DNA of 64,000 bases from a virus: IMG/VR virus record IMGVR_UViG_3300020446_001892, positions 1-64,000 of that record; one strand, given 5' to 3'. The position numbers and the translations under genes were made by a program. The notes under the pieces are model-generated. The model saw nothing but the letters and a program-made list of their open reading frames with translations, was not told the origin of the DNA and did not search any database. Below, piece after piece: positions 48,171 to 57,635 of the stretch (position 1 is the stretch's first letter; every line of letters starts with the position of its first letter).

Positions 48171-48361
48171 TATTTTACCTCCACTAATGGTTCAGAAGTA
48201 CTAGTATCATGCCAGTCGCCGTTTTCCATAAATCTGCGTGTTGTAGTTTCTTTAACAAACATTCCATCACGTTTTCTATATGTAATAAATTCTTGCTTAA
48301 CTACTCCTTTAGTATCAGCTTCAAAAGCACTTACTAAAGGTCCTTCTAATTTACTATTCAT
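48170..48361 (-). CDS. Hypothetical protein
   Basis: 63-aa coupled ORF. Confidence 0.6.
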   Translation of the reverse strand: MNSKLEGPLVSAFEADTKGVVKQEFITYRKRDGMFVKETTTRRFMENGDWHDTSTSEPLVEVK

Positions 48362-48585
48362 TTTCTTCCTTCCTTTAGAACAAAACTATCAGGTCCTGGC
48401 GTTGTGAATTCCATTCCAAACGCATCGCCTACATAAACTCTGCCATTATATTTCATGAATATTTTATTTGTAGCCATATAAACATTCATAGATTCTTTTA
48501 CTTTAAAATTGTCTACCTCTGCTTCAACAACTTTATCATTATTTGTGCATGTTACCATACATTTATTATCAAATACTTCTTTCAT
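48358..48585 (-). CDS. Hypothetical protein
   Basis: 75-aa coupled ORF. Confidence 0.6.
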   Translation of the reverse strand: MKEVFDNKCMVTCTNNDKVVEAEVDNFKVKESMNVYMATNKIFMKYNGRVYVGDAFGMEFTTPGPDSFVLKEGRK

Positions 48586-48884
48586 TTTCTCCCTAACAGT
48601 TTTAAATTTAAAACAAAGTTCTCTACCATTAGTTTAACACATGTAGCTTTCAAAGTCAACACATTATCTTCCAATTCTGCCATATGCATAGCCATAAGAT
48701 TAAATGCCTCTTCTTCAGAAATATTCAGTTGACCCCAATCTATAGGATCAACTGAATCACATTCTTTTGCAAGTTCAGCAATTAGTCGCCAGTTTTTAGT
48801 GTACTGGACCAATTGGCTTCTCCTGCCCGTTTGCATACTGCCAATGAGTGACATCACCAGTAAGCCAATATCGCTTACATTCAC
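48582..48884 (-). CDS. Hypothetical protein (start uncertain)
   Basis: ORF in operon; 5' part overlaps the upstream gene. Confidence 0.55.
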   Translation of the reverse strand: MNVSDIGLLVMSLIGSMQTGRRSQLVQYTKNWRLIAELAKECDSVDPIDWGQLNISEEEAFNLMAMHMAELEDNVLTLKATCVKLMVENFVLNLKLLGRK

Positions 48885-49038
48885 TTAGAAAAATATGCAT
48901 GCCTTTCCAAGTCTTTCCGTCTTCATCCATATACAAACCTTCAAAAGTACCCTTCCAAACTCCACACGGTTCAAAATAGTACCATAGAGGACGCTCTGCA
49001 TCAGGCAAACCATCCTCTATATTATTCCATTCACTCAT
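48796..49038 (-). CDS. DUF551-like small phage protein
   Basis: MSEW..IEDGLP...VTHW pattern. Confidence 0.65.
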   Translation of the reverse strand: MSEWNNIEDGLPDAERPLWYYFEPCGVWKGTFEGLYMDEDGKTWKGMHIFLSECKRYWLTGDVTHWQYANGQEKPIGPVH

Positions 49039-49544
49039 ATAATCTCCTTTACATTAATTGGTGTATAGTTAATTTGTTCTACACTTACACACTTGTATGG
49101 TCCTTCTGGAGAAGGATTACTATGTATGTGTCCATGTACATTTGTTAAATTATCTTTCCACCTATGTGTTTCTTGTAAAGTTGTTATATGCAATGGCGTA
49201 TGACTAAGCACAAGTCCAGGTAATTCTTTCCATAAACTAATGCTTTTGAAGAACGGTGCAAGAAATTTAGGATTATCATGATTTCCTAAAATTAAATGTT
49301 TGGTACCATTTAATTTTACAAAATTTTCCTGCATCCACTCTACTTTGTTATGACCAAAAAGCACATCTCCTAAATGGTAAACAATATCGTTAGGTTTGAC
49401 AACACTATTCCAATTGTCTATCATTGTAGAATTCATCACTTCAACATTAGGAAATTGCCTACAAGGCTTACCTGAGTAATCGTTAAACCTTAATATTGCT
49501 TCGTGATTAAAATGCGTATCACTTATTACCCATGTGTCTTTCAT
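49035..49544 (-). CDS. Calcineurin-like metallophosphoesterase
   Basis: SDTH, LGD, GNHD, HGHIH; start at 49544 fits the GAGG SD. Confidence 0.9.
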   Translation of the reverse strand: MKDTWVISDTHFNHEAILRFNDYSGKPCRQFPNVEVMNSTMIDNWNSVVKPNDIVYHLGDVLFGHNKVEWMQENFVKLNGTKHLILGNHDNPKFLAPFFKSISLWKELPGLVLSHTPLHITTLQETHRWKDNLTNVHGHIHSNPSPEGPYKCVSVEQINYTPINVKEII

Positions 49545-49573
49545 GATGTGCCTCATACCTTAACTGTAAATAC

Positions 49574-49602
49574 AGTATAAGACAAAGTTACACTAAAGTC
49601 AA
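49574..49602 (-). promoter_or_regulatory. Sigma70-type promoter
   Basis: TTGACT-17-TATACT. Confidence 0.65.
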
Positions 49603-49620
49603 CCGTTATTGGTAAATTAA

Positions 49621-49854
49621 TTAATGAATAGTTTCCTCTGCGGTCACATCAACCCCAAAATGTGTTTTACATAAACTTACAATAACCTCAGGAACCAAAT
49701 CTTCTTCTTTGCCTTCTGGTATAAAGAGTCCTTTAAGTTCTCCCTTATTAGAAATAATTAGACCCCAATCGTCGTCTTCTAGGCTTTCTTCAAATGTTAT
49801 CATCTCGCTCATTGTAGACTTTCTCCTCTTGGATATATTATTTTTCATCTTCAC
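49621..49854 (-). CDS. Hypothetical acidic protein
   Basis: Short ORF; likely start 49812 after GAGG. Confidence 0.6.
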   Translation of the reverse strand: MKMKNNISKRRKSTMSEMITFEESLEDDDWGLIISNKGELKGLFIPEGKEEDLVPEVIVSLCKTHFGVDVTAEETIH

Positions 49855-50437
49855 TTACTTTTTTACTTATCATTTTGTGGATGCCTGGATTGATTTCTAA
49901 TGCATGAGGCATAAAATGATGTCTAATATAATTTCTCCTAAACCCAGTGTCATCATTACTAGGATCAACAAGATAAGGAACATTATGCATATGAGCCCAA
50001 AGTTCAAAATCACGTTTTCTTGTTTTTCTAAAAGGCCTAACAATATGATTTCTACGATACGGAATAATCTTCCCCTCACCATGTAATGAACTAAACAACC
50101 AAGTTTCTACACAATCATCTAAATGATGACACGTAATGATAGGATAATCATTATGTCTTTCTAAAAAATTGTATCTTTTTTCTCTCCAATAATCCTCTCT
50201 ACTTCTGCCTGGAGGTATAGTGCCTTTTGTATAATCATGAAAAAACTCTAGGTCATTATCTCTACAATATTTTGTTACAAATGCATGAGCATCTTCAGCA
50301 TGTGCAGTACCATGATGAAAATGATACACAGTAATTTCATGATTTCTTTTCAAAAAATCTAATGCGGACATGCTATCAACTCCGCCACTTACAGCCACAC
50401 CGATCTTACGTGGCAATTTTCCTTGCAATTTGATCAT
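49838..50437 (-). CDS. tilS: tRNA(Ile)-lysidine synthetase-like PP-loop ATPase (catalytic domain only)
   Basis: AVSGGVDS, R..RY, CHHLDD..ET, RP, DPSN, RNYIRH. Confidence 0.85.
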   Translation of the reverse strand: MIKLQGKLPRKIGVAVSGGVDSMSALDFLKRNHEITVYHFHHGTAHAEDAHAFVTKYCRDNDLEFFHDYTKGTIPPGRSREDYWREKRYNFLERHNDYPIITCHHLDDCVETWLFSSLHGEGKIIPYRRNHIVRPFRKTRKRDFELWAHMHNVPYLVDPSNDDTGFRRNYIRHHFMPHALEINPGIHKMISKKVSEDEK

Positions 50438-51147
50438 TATACTTTATATAATTTTACGTAATTTAGACGTGTTTCATTTGCACTGAATAATTTATTTTGT
50501 GTTTGACTTTTAACTTTTGCTTTAACACGTTTCATTGTGCCTACTTCATGTTCAAATTTATTCATAAATGAAACTAGATTACCGTCCATGACAGCCACAT
50601 AGTTATATGACTCCCATTGTGAACTATATCTTTTATCTAGAATTTTAATAACACCTTCAACATCATCTTTTGCCTTACCGAGGTATTGACTGTCTCGATA
50701 TTCGACCCTAATTTCTTTTTTTAATCCTGTTTCATGTTTATCACGTATTACAAATTCAGGAAGAAATGCTACACGGCCTAGGTTGTTAAATGCCACAGTA
50801 TCAGTTGATACACTTTCAATCATGTCTCGTTTGAATTCATCTAGATCACCCAACCCAAGCATTACATATCTTTTCATCCATTTTTTAATTTCAGCGGCAT
50901 GTTCATAATCTTGTTCAATGGGCTTGAACATAACAAAATCTGGATCAACGTATTGATTTGCTTTATTAGCAAAATAAAATTTAACCATTTCTTTGTTACC
51001 ATGTTCTGTAGGCTTGTCTTCAGAAAAGCGTTGTGTATGCTTTTGATAACCACTTCTGATTCTATGTGCCGCACAAGCCACTGCAAGTGCATCTTGTGTT
51101 AAAACAGTTTTTAGTGGTACTGAATCTTTTGTAATAAATGTCATCAT
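50437..51147 (-). CDS. Hypothetical phage protein (possible C-terminal OB fold)
   Basis: 236-aa ORF behind its own promoter. Confidence 0.7.
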   Translation of the reverse strand: MMTFITKDSVPLKTVLTQDALAVACAAHRIRSGYQKHTQRFSEDKPTEHGNKEMVKFYFANKANQYVDPDFVMFKPIEQDYEHAAEIKKWMKRYVMLGLGDLDEFKRDMIESVSTDTVAFNNLGRVAFLPEFVIRDKHETGLKKEIRVEYRDSQYLGKAKDDVEGVIKILDKRYSSQWESYNYVAVMDGNLVSFMNKFEHEVGTMKRVKAKVKSQTQNKLFSANETRLNYVKLYKV

Positions 51148-51179
51148 CGTGTTGCCTTTCTTTGCCTCATTGTTTACTT

Positions 51180-51208
51180 AATATAGCATCAACTATAATA
51201 AATGTCAA
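51180..51208 (-). promoter_or_regulatory. Sigma70-type promoter
   Basis: TTGACA-17-TATATT. Confidence 0.6.
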
Positions 51209-51650
51209 TCATTCCTTTATAGAAAGTATCCAATTCTTCTTTTGATCCCATATCGCTTTTAAATTGATTTGCTTTTCTGCACACTATTACATAATTGCTA
51301 ATAACATCTTTCCCACCTAGTGATCTTGCAACTTTATGATCAACAGTAGGTTGAAAAAATCCATCATAATTATCTATATTAGGGTTAGTGACTTTGTTGC
51401 GGCCGCGGCCATAATCTAACGGAGTGCCAAAAATAGGACATACGTCTGGTGCAATTTTAGCAAGTGAAAACGGATCACCTTCCCATTTTACAGTGTGTGC
51501 CCAGATTAATTTTAAAAATTGATCTTGTTTTGTAGATTTCTTAAACATTTCAAAAAATGTGCCGTATGTGCTTGCATCATCTTGTGGATGAAATCTACGT
51601 GAGGAGAGAGCTCGTAAGCCCTCTTCTCTAATTTTGACTAAGTCTGCCAT
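51189..51650 (-). CDS. HNH endonuclease-like protein
   Basis: CPIFG...VDHKVARSLGG...NYVIVCRKAN..K. Confidence 0.75.
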   Translation of the reverse strand: MADLVKIREEGLRALSSRRFHPQDDASTYGTFFEMFKKSTKQDQFLKLIWAHTVKWEGDPFSLAKIAPDVCPIFGTPLDYGRGRNKVTNPNIDNYDGFFQPTVDHKVARSLGGKDVISNYVIVCRKANQFKSDMGSKEELDTFYKGMIDIYYS

Positions 51651-53105
51651 TTACATAAACTCCGCAAACTTATCTTCTTGATGTTTTTGTGCTTTATTAT
51701 TGAATGTGTTCACGTCAATAATACTTGTGTACTCAGCAACTTTGCCATTTGTATCTGTGTAAACATAAGGCATATCTATAGTAAAATCTAAGCCGCCTTT
51801 TTCGACAACAGGCAACAAGATATCATAACCTTTTTGTTTGCCCGGCTGTGCTTGAATGTGAGCTTCTCGATTATCTACAAGCGACTTGATTGCTGCCGCA
51901 ATCATTAGTCCTCGATTACCGCCTGAAGTAAAGCGATGATCCTTCCATTCCGTGTATTTGCCTGATTTTGTTTTTTCAGGATATTGAGCTCTAATGCCTT
52001 TTAAAACATCTGACCATACCTTACTGCTCGAACTCCAACGTTCGCTCATAACTTGGCCAATCTTAATAAGTAAGTCATCAGTTACAGACTTTTTAGGCAT
52101 TTGGGAAAACAATTCTGTCAAGCCCCATACAGGTGCATGATCGATTGCACTGAAGTGCCAAGCATTCCGTACACATTTTAAAGCCATTTCAAATGCAAAT
52201 CTATTAGAATAATTGTCTTTACAAAACTCTTTGAAATGTTTTTGCATATGAGCAGTGTGTTTTGTTTCACCTGCACCTGGTGTTGCACTTTCTGGTACAG
52301 GAGTAATATTTACATTGTCAAATACTCGCATAAGATTGTATGCAGGTTGATCTTCTAACTTTACATCAAGTCCTGCTTGAAGCATTGCTCTTGCACGATT
52401 GTTACGAACTTTTACAAAGTCGTAATCTGTAATTGGCACAACATCTGCATTACACGCCAAGAACTGATTAAAATCAATGTAAGGCATGTCCTTCATACTA
52501 AAACCTACAATAAGTGTTTTCACTCCGTGTAGTGCTAGTGCCATAGAACCTTGCATACCGTCATTTAAAAACACACGTTCTTCGTCTGATGCATAACGTC
52601 CTTTTGCACCAAAAACAAGACTGCTATCAAAGTTCATTGCAATTTCAAACATACGCCACAAGTAAATGACTCGTTGTGCTTTCATATTCATAGCGACAAG
52701 TGTTTGATCCACAGCCAAACCATTCATCACTGCTTCATCTAAATTATATGATTGAAGTTGCACACCGTATAGTACAGGCTTACCTGTTTCAGGATCAATG
52801 ATAGCATGGAGAGCATCTAGTGCCATTTTAAATGCAGTTACAAAGTCTACAGTGCCCATTGACTCTAAATTAAGGGCACCTTTGCTAACATTTAGATTCG
52901 GTACATTTGCACGTTTAATTAACGATAGCTTTCTTTGATAATCTTCAGGTTCAAGAAATTTAATAGGTGTCCGTTGTTCTTCCGGACCAAAGAAGATTGA
53001 AAGATCTTCTCCATAGGCGGATTTGATGCTGTCAGCATATCCAAAGTTAATTGATTGTTTCCAGTTGTCTACATAATTGAATAGACTTACATAAGGTTCA
53101 CGCAT
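51651..53105 (-). CDS. Hypothetical protein with degenerate ParB/Srx-like motif
   Basis: VFLNDGMQGSMAL resembles (V/I)DG(Q/H)xR..AL; followed by F..FLACN. Confidence 0.5.
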   Translation of the reverse strand: MREPYVSLFNYVDNWKQSINFGYADSIKSAYGEDLSIFFGPEEQRTPIKFLEPEDYQRKLSLIKRANVPNLNVSKGALNLESMGTVDFVTAFKMALDALHAIIDPETGKPVLYGVQLQSYNLDEAVMNGLAVDQTLVAMNMKAQRVIYLWRMFEIAMNFDSSLVFGAKGRYASDEERVFLNDGMQGSMALALHGVKTLIVGFSMKDMPYIDFNQFLACNADVVPITDYDFVKVRNNRARAMLQAGLDVKLEDQPAYNLMRVFDNVNITPVPESATPGAGETKHTAHMQKHFKEFCKDNYSNRFAFEMALKCVRNAWHFSAIDHAPVWGLTELFSQMPKKSVTDDLLIKIGQVMSERWSSSSKVWSDVLKGIRAQYPEKTKSGKYTEWKDHRFTSGGNRGLMIAAAIKSLVDNREAHIQAQPGKQKGYDILLPVVEKGGLDFTIDMPYVYTDTNGKVAEYTSIIDVNTFNNKAQKHQEDKFAEFM

Positions 53106-53201
53106 TGTTTTCTCCTTTTAGCGTTTCAAATTATAGGAACGTTTCTATGTTCCATATACAACAGGCTCATCGCAATTGAATTTTTGCCTCATTGTTTATT
53201 A

Positions 53202-53230
53202 ATAATAACATTATATTTTATTTTTGTCAA
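53202..53230 (-). promoter_or_regulatory. Sigma70-type promoter
   Basis: TTGACA-17-TATTAT, about 90-nt leader before the GGAG SD. Confidence 0.7.
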
Positions 53231-54273
53231 CTAAAAAGTTGCCCGAAGGTATTATCCGCTTGTGCCATTGCACCATAATCAGTTGCTTCATGTACTTCTT
53301 TTGGCACAAATAAACGGTCCATATACTTCTTAATTTGTCTATGTTTCATTCCTATGTCTTGTCCGAAAAACATGCCTCTTTGATCTGCGTTTGCAGGACG
53401 TCTTACAGCACTTACGCATACATAATCATATTTTGCCATGTAATCATATAAGTCTTGTGGATCATACCCAAACAATTGGCATTGCTTAGGAACTATTTCA
53501 ACTTGTACACTAGGACGACATCGTTCAATTGTGTCTTTTGCACCTTGCATAACTAATAGTTCACTTCCTTCTACATCAATTTTAATTGCATTTACGTCTT
53601 GAAAATTGTAACTGTCAATAGTTCTTGCAGGGACAGGAACTAAATTTTGACTTTCGCGAAGTTTAAGTTTGTCACTGTTTAATACAACATGATTGTGTCC
53701 ACCGTGATCTGTATGATCCAAAATATCAATTGTGCCTTCATTTCGATTAGTTGCGGCAACTTCATGTACAGTAATATTAGCAACAACATCCATAGGTTGA
53801 TGTACACCTTTGTAAGTATACCAACCTGATGTTGCTAATTCGTCACGATATAGATCACCTTCTTGATCTGTGCCTTTCCAATACACGCCTTTCAGTTTTT
53901 GTTGCTTTGCTATTGCAATATTTGCCTTCAACATTTTAAGTGTAGTTGGCGTAGGCTCAAAAGATTCAACATTTTCTGCCCATTCACTATAGGCGATAGT
54001 GTTATTACCTACATTTGCACCAACATCTACAATGCGTTTTGCATTAGGATATATAGTCCGTATCAGCCTTGAATTATTTCCTTGATAGTATACATTGTTG
54101 CCACTGAAACGTGGACCTTGTAGATTATCGTGTGCAAGTAACCAATAACAACGGCCAAACTTGTTTACAACGAGCCTAAACATTGGATCATTGTATAATC
54201 CACTTGCTTCGGCAAAATTAAAATTTTCTTTGAATTGTTTTGCTGAGATTTCAGCTGTAATTTTTTGCGGCAT
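53227..54273 (-). CDS. FkbM-family SAM methyltransferase
   Basis: VDVGANVG, SFEP, IKIDVEGSE..V.QGA. Confidence 0.88.
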   Translation of the reverse strand: MPQKITAEISAKQFKENFNFAEASGLYNDPMFRLVVNKFGRCYWLLAHDNLQGPRFSGNNVYYQGNNSRLIRTIYPNAKRIVDVGANVGNNTIAYSEWAENVESFEPTPTTLKMLKANIAIAKQQKLKGVYWKGTDQEGDLYRDELATSGWYTYKGVHQPMDVVANITVHEVAATNRNEGTIDILDHTDHGGHNHVVLNSDKLKLRESQNLVPVPARTIDSYNFQDVNAIKIDVEGSELLVMQGAKDTIERCRPSVQVEIVPKQCQLFGYDPQDLYDYMAKYDYVCVSAVRRPANADQRGMFFGQDIGMKHRQIKKYMDRLFVPKEVHEATDYGAMAQADNTFGQLFS

Positions 54274-54307
54274 GTTAATTCTCCCTTAACCAATTTTCGC
54301 TTTTGTA

Positions 54308-54775
54308 TTACTTATCGTGTGTCCACTTAAGGTGTCCTAATTTATGATGCTCAGCCCATTGGATGAACAATCCACATTCTCTACCATGTGCTTCTATTTC
54401 CCAAGGTTGATCCCAGTAGCCTGGTTCTTTAGTAAGCCACTTGCCTTGCCATCTGTGTTTGTTGGTCCGCGAACTTTCATATAGTTCACCACGAGCAAAT
54501 TGTTTTGCATGCACCATTTCATGTGCAACAGTTTCTAGCATCCTACGAAGTTTTGCTTGATTGTTTATTTCAATATCAAACTCTCTAGGACGATGACTAT
54601 CTGCATAGTCTGTAGGAATACAATATCCCCAACTGTCGTCTTTCCCAAAAGGCTTGATACCTATATTAAATTCTAAATTCTGCATACGTGGCATCATTTT
54701 TGAAACACAAAATTCAACCATACTTTTGACGTATTTTTTTTGTGATCTACTTCCACCGCGAACTGAAATAAGCAT
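54308..54775 (-). CDS. Zinc metallopeptidase-like protein (HExxH)
   Basis: VAHEMVHAKQ, PWEIEA. Confidence 0.8.
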   Translation of the reverse strand: MLISVRGGSRSQKKYVKSMVEFCVSKMMPRMQNLEFNIGIKPFGKDDSWGYCIPTDYADSHRPREFDIEINNQAKLRRMLETVAHEMVHAKQFARGELYESSRTNKHRWQGKWLTKEPGYWDQPWEIEAHGRECGLFIQWAEHHKLGHLKWTHDK

Positions 54776-54803
54776 ACAATTACTCCTAAGTATTTACTCA
54801 TTT

Positions 54804-54832
54804 AGTATAACAAAAGTTGTACTGTATGTCAA
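54804..54832 (-). promoter_or_regulatory. Sigma70-type promoter
   Basis: TTGACA-17-TATACT. Confidence 0.7.
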
Positions 54833-54842
54833 GTAATTTGGC

Positions 54843-55058
54843 TTACAAACGGTAGGAAATACGCCCTTTTTGTAAATCGTAGGGTGTCATTTCTACCAAA
54901 ACCTTGTCTCCAGCTACTAATCTTATGCGATTTTGACGCATTTTGCCCCCTGTATAGCAGGTAATTGTATGTCCATTTTCTAGTTGTACTTTAAAAGTTT
55001 GACTTGGCAAAACATCAGTAATTTCGCCTTTTATTTCTATTATACCCTCTTTACTCAT
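54843..55058 (-). CDS. infA: Translation initiation factor IF-1
   Basis: MSKEGIIE..G...LP...F.V.LENGH...GKMR..RIR...[17 protein letters not shown]. Confidence 0.96.
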   Translation of the reverse strand: MSKEGIIEIKGEITDVLPSQTFKVQLENGHTITCYTGGKMRQNRIRLVAGDKVLVEMTPYDLQKGRISYRL

Positions 55059-55239
55059 TATCCTTCATTTCTTCAATGATAATGGTACCTTGATCGCCCC
55101 ATTTCACTTTAATTTTTGTTCCTTCAGTCCAACCCTGTTTTTTCATTATTGGTTCAGGTATTGTCATTATAACTTTTTTTTCGTCGCCCGGAACATCTTT
55201 AAATATTTCATCGGCTTTAAATTCTAACATATTAGTCAT
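55051..55239 (-). CDS. AbrB/MazE-like small protein
   Basis: [17 protein letters not shown] swapped-hairpin pattern. Confidence 0.55.
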   Translation of the reverse strand: MTNMLEFKADEIFKDVPGDEKKVIMTIPEPIMKKQGWTEGTKIKVKWGDQGTIIIEEMKDNE

Positions 55240-55260
55240 TACTCCTTGCTAAATATTTAT

Positions 55261-55665
55261 ATGAAGGACGCTTATACCAATGCCTTTTACGGTATAATAC
55301 GCGAAACTCAAGATACACATGGTTATGAATTACCACAACATCTTGAGGCCTATATCGTTATGCTTCTTGCACAACATACAGACCGTCCTAACTTTGAACC
55401 TACAAAAAGTTTTGCAGAACAATACCTACAATTAAGTTCTAGAATGGATGCAAAAACATTAGGAGATACCTGTCTTTTTGTTACTGGTGTGTTTCCTAAT
55501 TATAGAAAGATGAAGAGATCATATTATCAAAATATCGGAATAGGTTCATATTCAAGTATGCATGGAGAACTGTTTGAACAACTTGCCAAACATTTTAATT
55601 TTTTAGGAGATTTTATTAGTTTAAGTGTTAGGACTATTAAATTTCCATATCGGCCGCTACAATAA
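55261..55665 (+). CDS. Hypothetical helical protein
   Basis: LGDTCLFVTGVFP...YY..IG motif; TAAATA 5 nt before ATG 55261. Confidence 0.7.
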   Translation: MKDAYTNAFYGIIRETQDTHGYELPQHLEAYIVMLLAQHTDRPNFEPTKSFAEQYLQLSSRMDAKTLGDTCLFVTGVFPNYRKMKRSYYQNIGIGSYSSMHGELFEQLAKHFNFLGDFISLSVRTIKFPYRPLQ

Positions 55666-56179
55666 ATCTACTATTTTTTGATGATAATATTCCTGGTCTA
55701 TGCCAAGTTTTACCAGGAAATATAATCCAACTACCAATACGCATTTCTGCAAAATATTTTCCAGCACCTTCTACGCCACTAGGAGCAAATTCTGTGCCTG
55801 ATGTGCTTATATCTATACTATCGTCTGGTTGATTCAAATAAAACACACCACTGACAACTAAATTTTGATCCCTTACATGTTGATGCCAATAAATGTCCCT
55901 GTCTTCTTGTGTATCTAAGTTAGTCATGTATCCCCAACTTTTGATACTTTTAATTTGTGCTTCTTTACTCATGAAAGCAAAGCAAGACCAGATAAAGCTC
56001 ATTTTTAAATTGATCCAATGATCTGAATTCAATCCAAATATATTAATATTAGTTTGGTAAGGAGGACTGTTATGCCAGAACTTGCCTGCTTTTATTGTAT
56101 TTTCTATATCTCTCATCATACATTGACGTGAGTGTTCAGATATTAGATTATTCCAATCGTAGTATTCATGTATTTGCAT
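55637..56179 (-). CDS. Putative 2OG-Fe(II) oxygenase
   Basis: WHQH, SGVFYL, GTEF, FP..WH, R.IVA. Confidence 0.7.
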   Translation of the reverse strand: MQIHEYYDWNNLISEHSRQCMMRDIENTIKAGKFWHNSPPYQTNINIFGLNSDHWINLKMSFIWSCFAFMSKEAQIKSIKSWGYMTNLDTQEDRDIYWHQHVRDQNLVVSGVFYLNQPDDSIDISTSGTEFAPSGVEGAGKYFAEMRIGSWIIFPGKTWHRPGILSSKNSRFIVAADMEI

Positions 56180-56712
56180 TATTCACCAGTTAAATAAGAC
56201 ATACAATTTTCTGGTGTCGTCTGCTCGTATGGATCGCTATCATCACCGTCATTGTTTATTCCTGGTTCCTGCCACCATTTTTCAACTACACCATCTTTCA
56301 GCACACACATATAGCGCCAGCTTCTCATGCCAAAACCTAAATGATTTTTACCTATTAACATGCCCATGTAACGAGTGAAGTTTCCTGATCCATCTGGAAT
56401 TACTTTTACATGTTGTAGTTTTTGATCCCTTGCCCAAGCATTCATTACAAATGCATCATTAACACTTATGCAGTATATTTCATCGATATCATGGTTTCTA
56501 ATATCATCATAATGTTTTTCAAAACCAGGTAGCTGGTATGTTGAACAAGTTGGAGTAAATGCTCCTGGTAAACTAAACAATACTACACGTTTACCGCCGA
56601 ACAATTCATCACTATTAACATCTTGCCAACGAAAAGGATTAGATCCTTCAATATTTTCATCTCTTACCCTTGTGCGAAATGTAACGCAGGGAGGCCGAAA
56701 ACCTTCAATCAT
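56179..56712 (-). CDS. Peroxiredoxin (Prx5/redoxin type)
   Basis: LPGAFTPTCS, SVNDAFVM, PDG, RSWRY. Confidence 0.93.
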   Translation of the reverse strand: MIEGFRPPCVTFRTRVRDENIEGSNPFRWQDVNSDELFGGKRVVLFSLPGAFTPTCSTYQLPGFEKHYDDIRNHDIDEIYCISVNDAFVMNAWARDQKLQHVKVIPDGSGNFTRYMGMLIGKNHLGFGMRSWRYMCVLKDGVVEKWWQEPGINNDGDDSDPYEQTTPENCMSYLTGE

Positions 56713-56739
56713 AAATTATCTCCTTATAGATATAGCTGT

Positions 56740-56768
56740 ATTGTAACAAATTACCTAGTAATTGTCAA
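56740..56768 (-). promoter_or_regulatory. Sigma70-type promoter
   Basis: TTGACA-17-TACAAT. Confidence 0.7.
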
Positions 56769-56862
56769 CCTCTAAATGATATATTGTATTTACTATTATA
56801 GCCAGTATTATTAGCATATTATGACTAAATACTATTAGCAGAGCGTGAGGGCGTTTTTGTAT

Positions 56863-57141
56863 ATGGAATTTTTATCATTTATAGGCGAGGTTGGGTTTCC
56901 GATTGCAGGTGCAATAGCGGCTGGTTTCTTTGTATTCACAACCTTAAAATTTATCCTTAGTAGTGTGACTGGGTCTGTCAACGGCCTAAAAAATATTGTA
57001 TCAGCACTAGATAATAGAGTGCAAACAATGAACAATGATTTAGTAAAAATTGATGCATTACTTAGTTATGTTCTTAATGTAAGGCCTAATATAGATAGGC
57101 TGGCTGCCAACGAAGGCAAAGAGGATGCAAGACGTGACTAG
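56863..57141 (+). CDS. YvrJ-like single-TM coiled-coil protein
   Basis: IGEVGFPIA plus TM helix plus coiled coil. Confidence 0.65.
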   Translation: MEFLSFIGEVGFPIAGAIAAGFFVFTTLKFILSSVTGSVNGLKNIVSALDNRVQTMNNDLVKIDALLSYVLNVRPNIDRLAANEGKEDARRD

Positions 57142-57466
57142 TGAATTAGCAACAGCGATCAAAGATTTTGGTTTTCCTATTGTAGCCGCGTGTGGTTTAG
57201 CATATTTTGTATATTACGTGTGGAAATGGGTAACTACAGAAATAAATCCTGTAGTAGGCGAAGCAAGTAAAACTTTGATAAAACTTGTTGATAAAGTTAG
57301 AATGCTTGATAACGACATGATAAGATTAAACACCAAATTATCTATGGTGTTAGAATATAGATCAAAACTTAATCCTAAGCGCCAAGACGAACTACAAAGA
57401 TTAGTAGATGAATATAAATCTGCTAATGAAAAGTTTGATAGTACAGGAGAGAAAAATGCAAAATAA
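57125..57466 (+). CDS. YvrJ-like single-TM coiled-coil protein (paralogue of the upstream gene)
   Basis: IKDFGFPIVA plus TM helix plus LDND..R pattern. Confidence 0.65.
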   Translation: MQDVTSELATAIKDFGFPIVAACGLAYFVYYVWKWVTTEINPVVGEASKTLIKLVDKVRMLDNDMIRLNTKLSMVLEYRSKLNPKRQDELQRLVDEYKSANEKFDSTGEKNAK

Positions 57467-57635
57467 AAACTTTGTTAAATCCTATGCTGGCATCATTAAG
57501 GATCCAAAAGGGCAAAAAATATTAGAAAGAAACTTTCATTTTTTTAAATTAAAATCTTCTCAGGAAAAAATGCGTGTAATCAAACGTAATTTTGGCGTCA
57601 ACGTCTACATTCCGGACAATGAAGATGCAAGGTGA
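57456..57635 (+). CDS. Small basic hypothetical protein
   Basis: Start at 57456 with GGAG SD. Confidence 0.5.
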   Translation: MQNKNFVKSYAGIIKDPKGQKILERNFHFFKLKSSQEKMRVIKRNFGVNVYIPDNEDAR

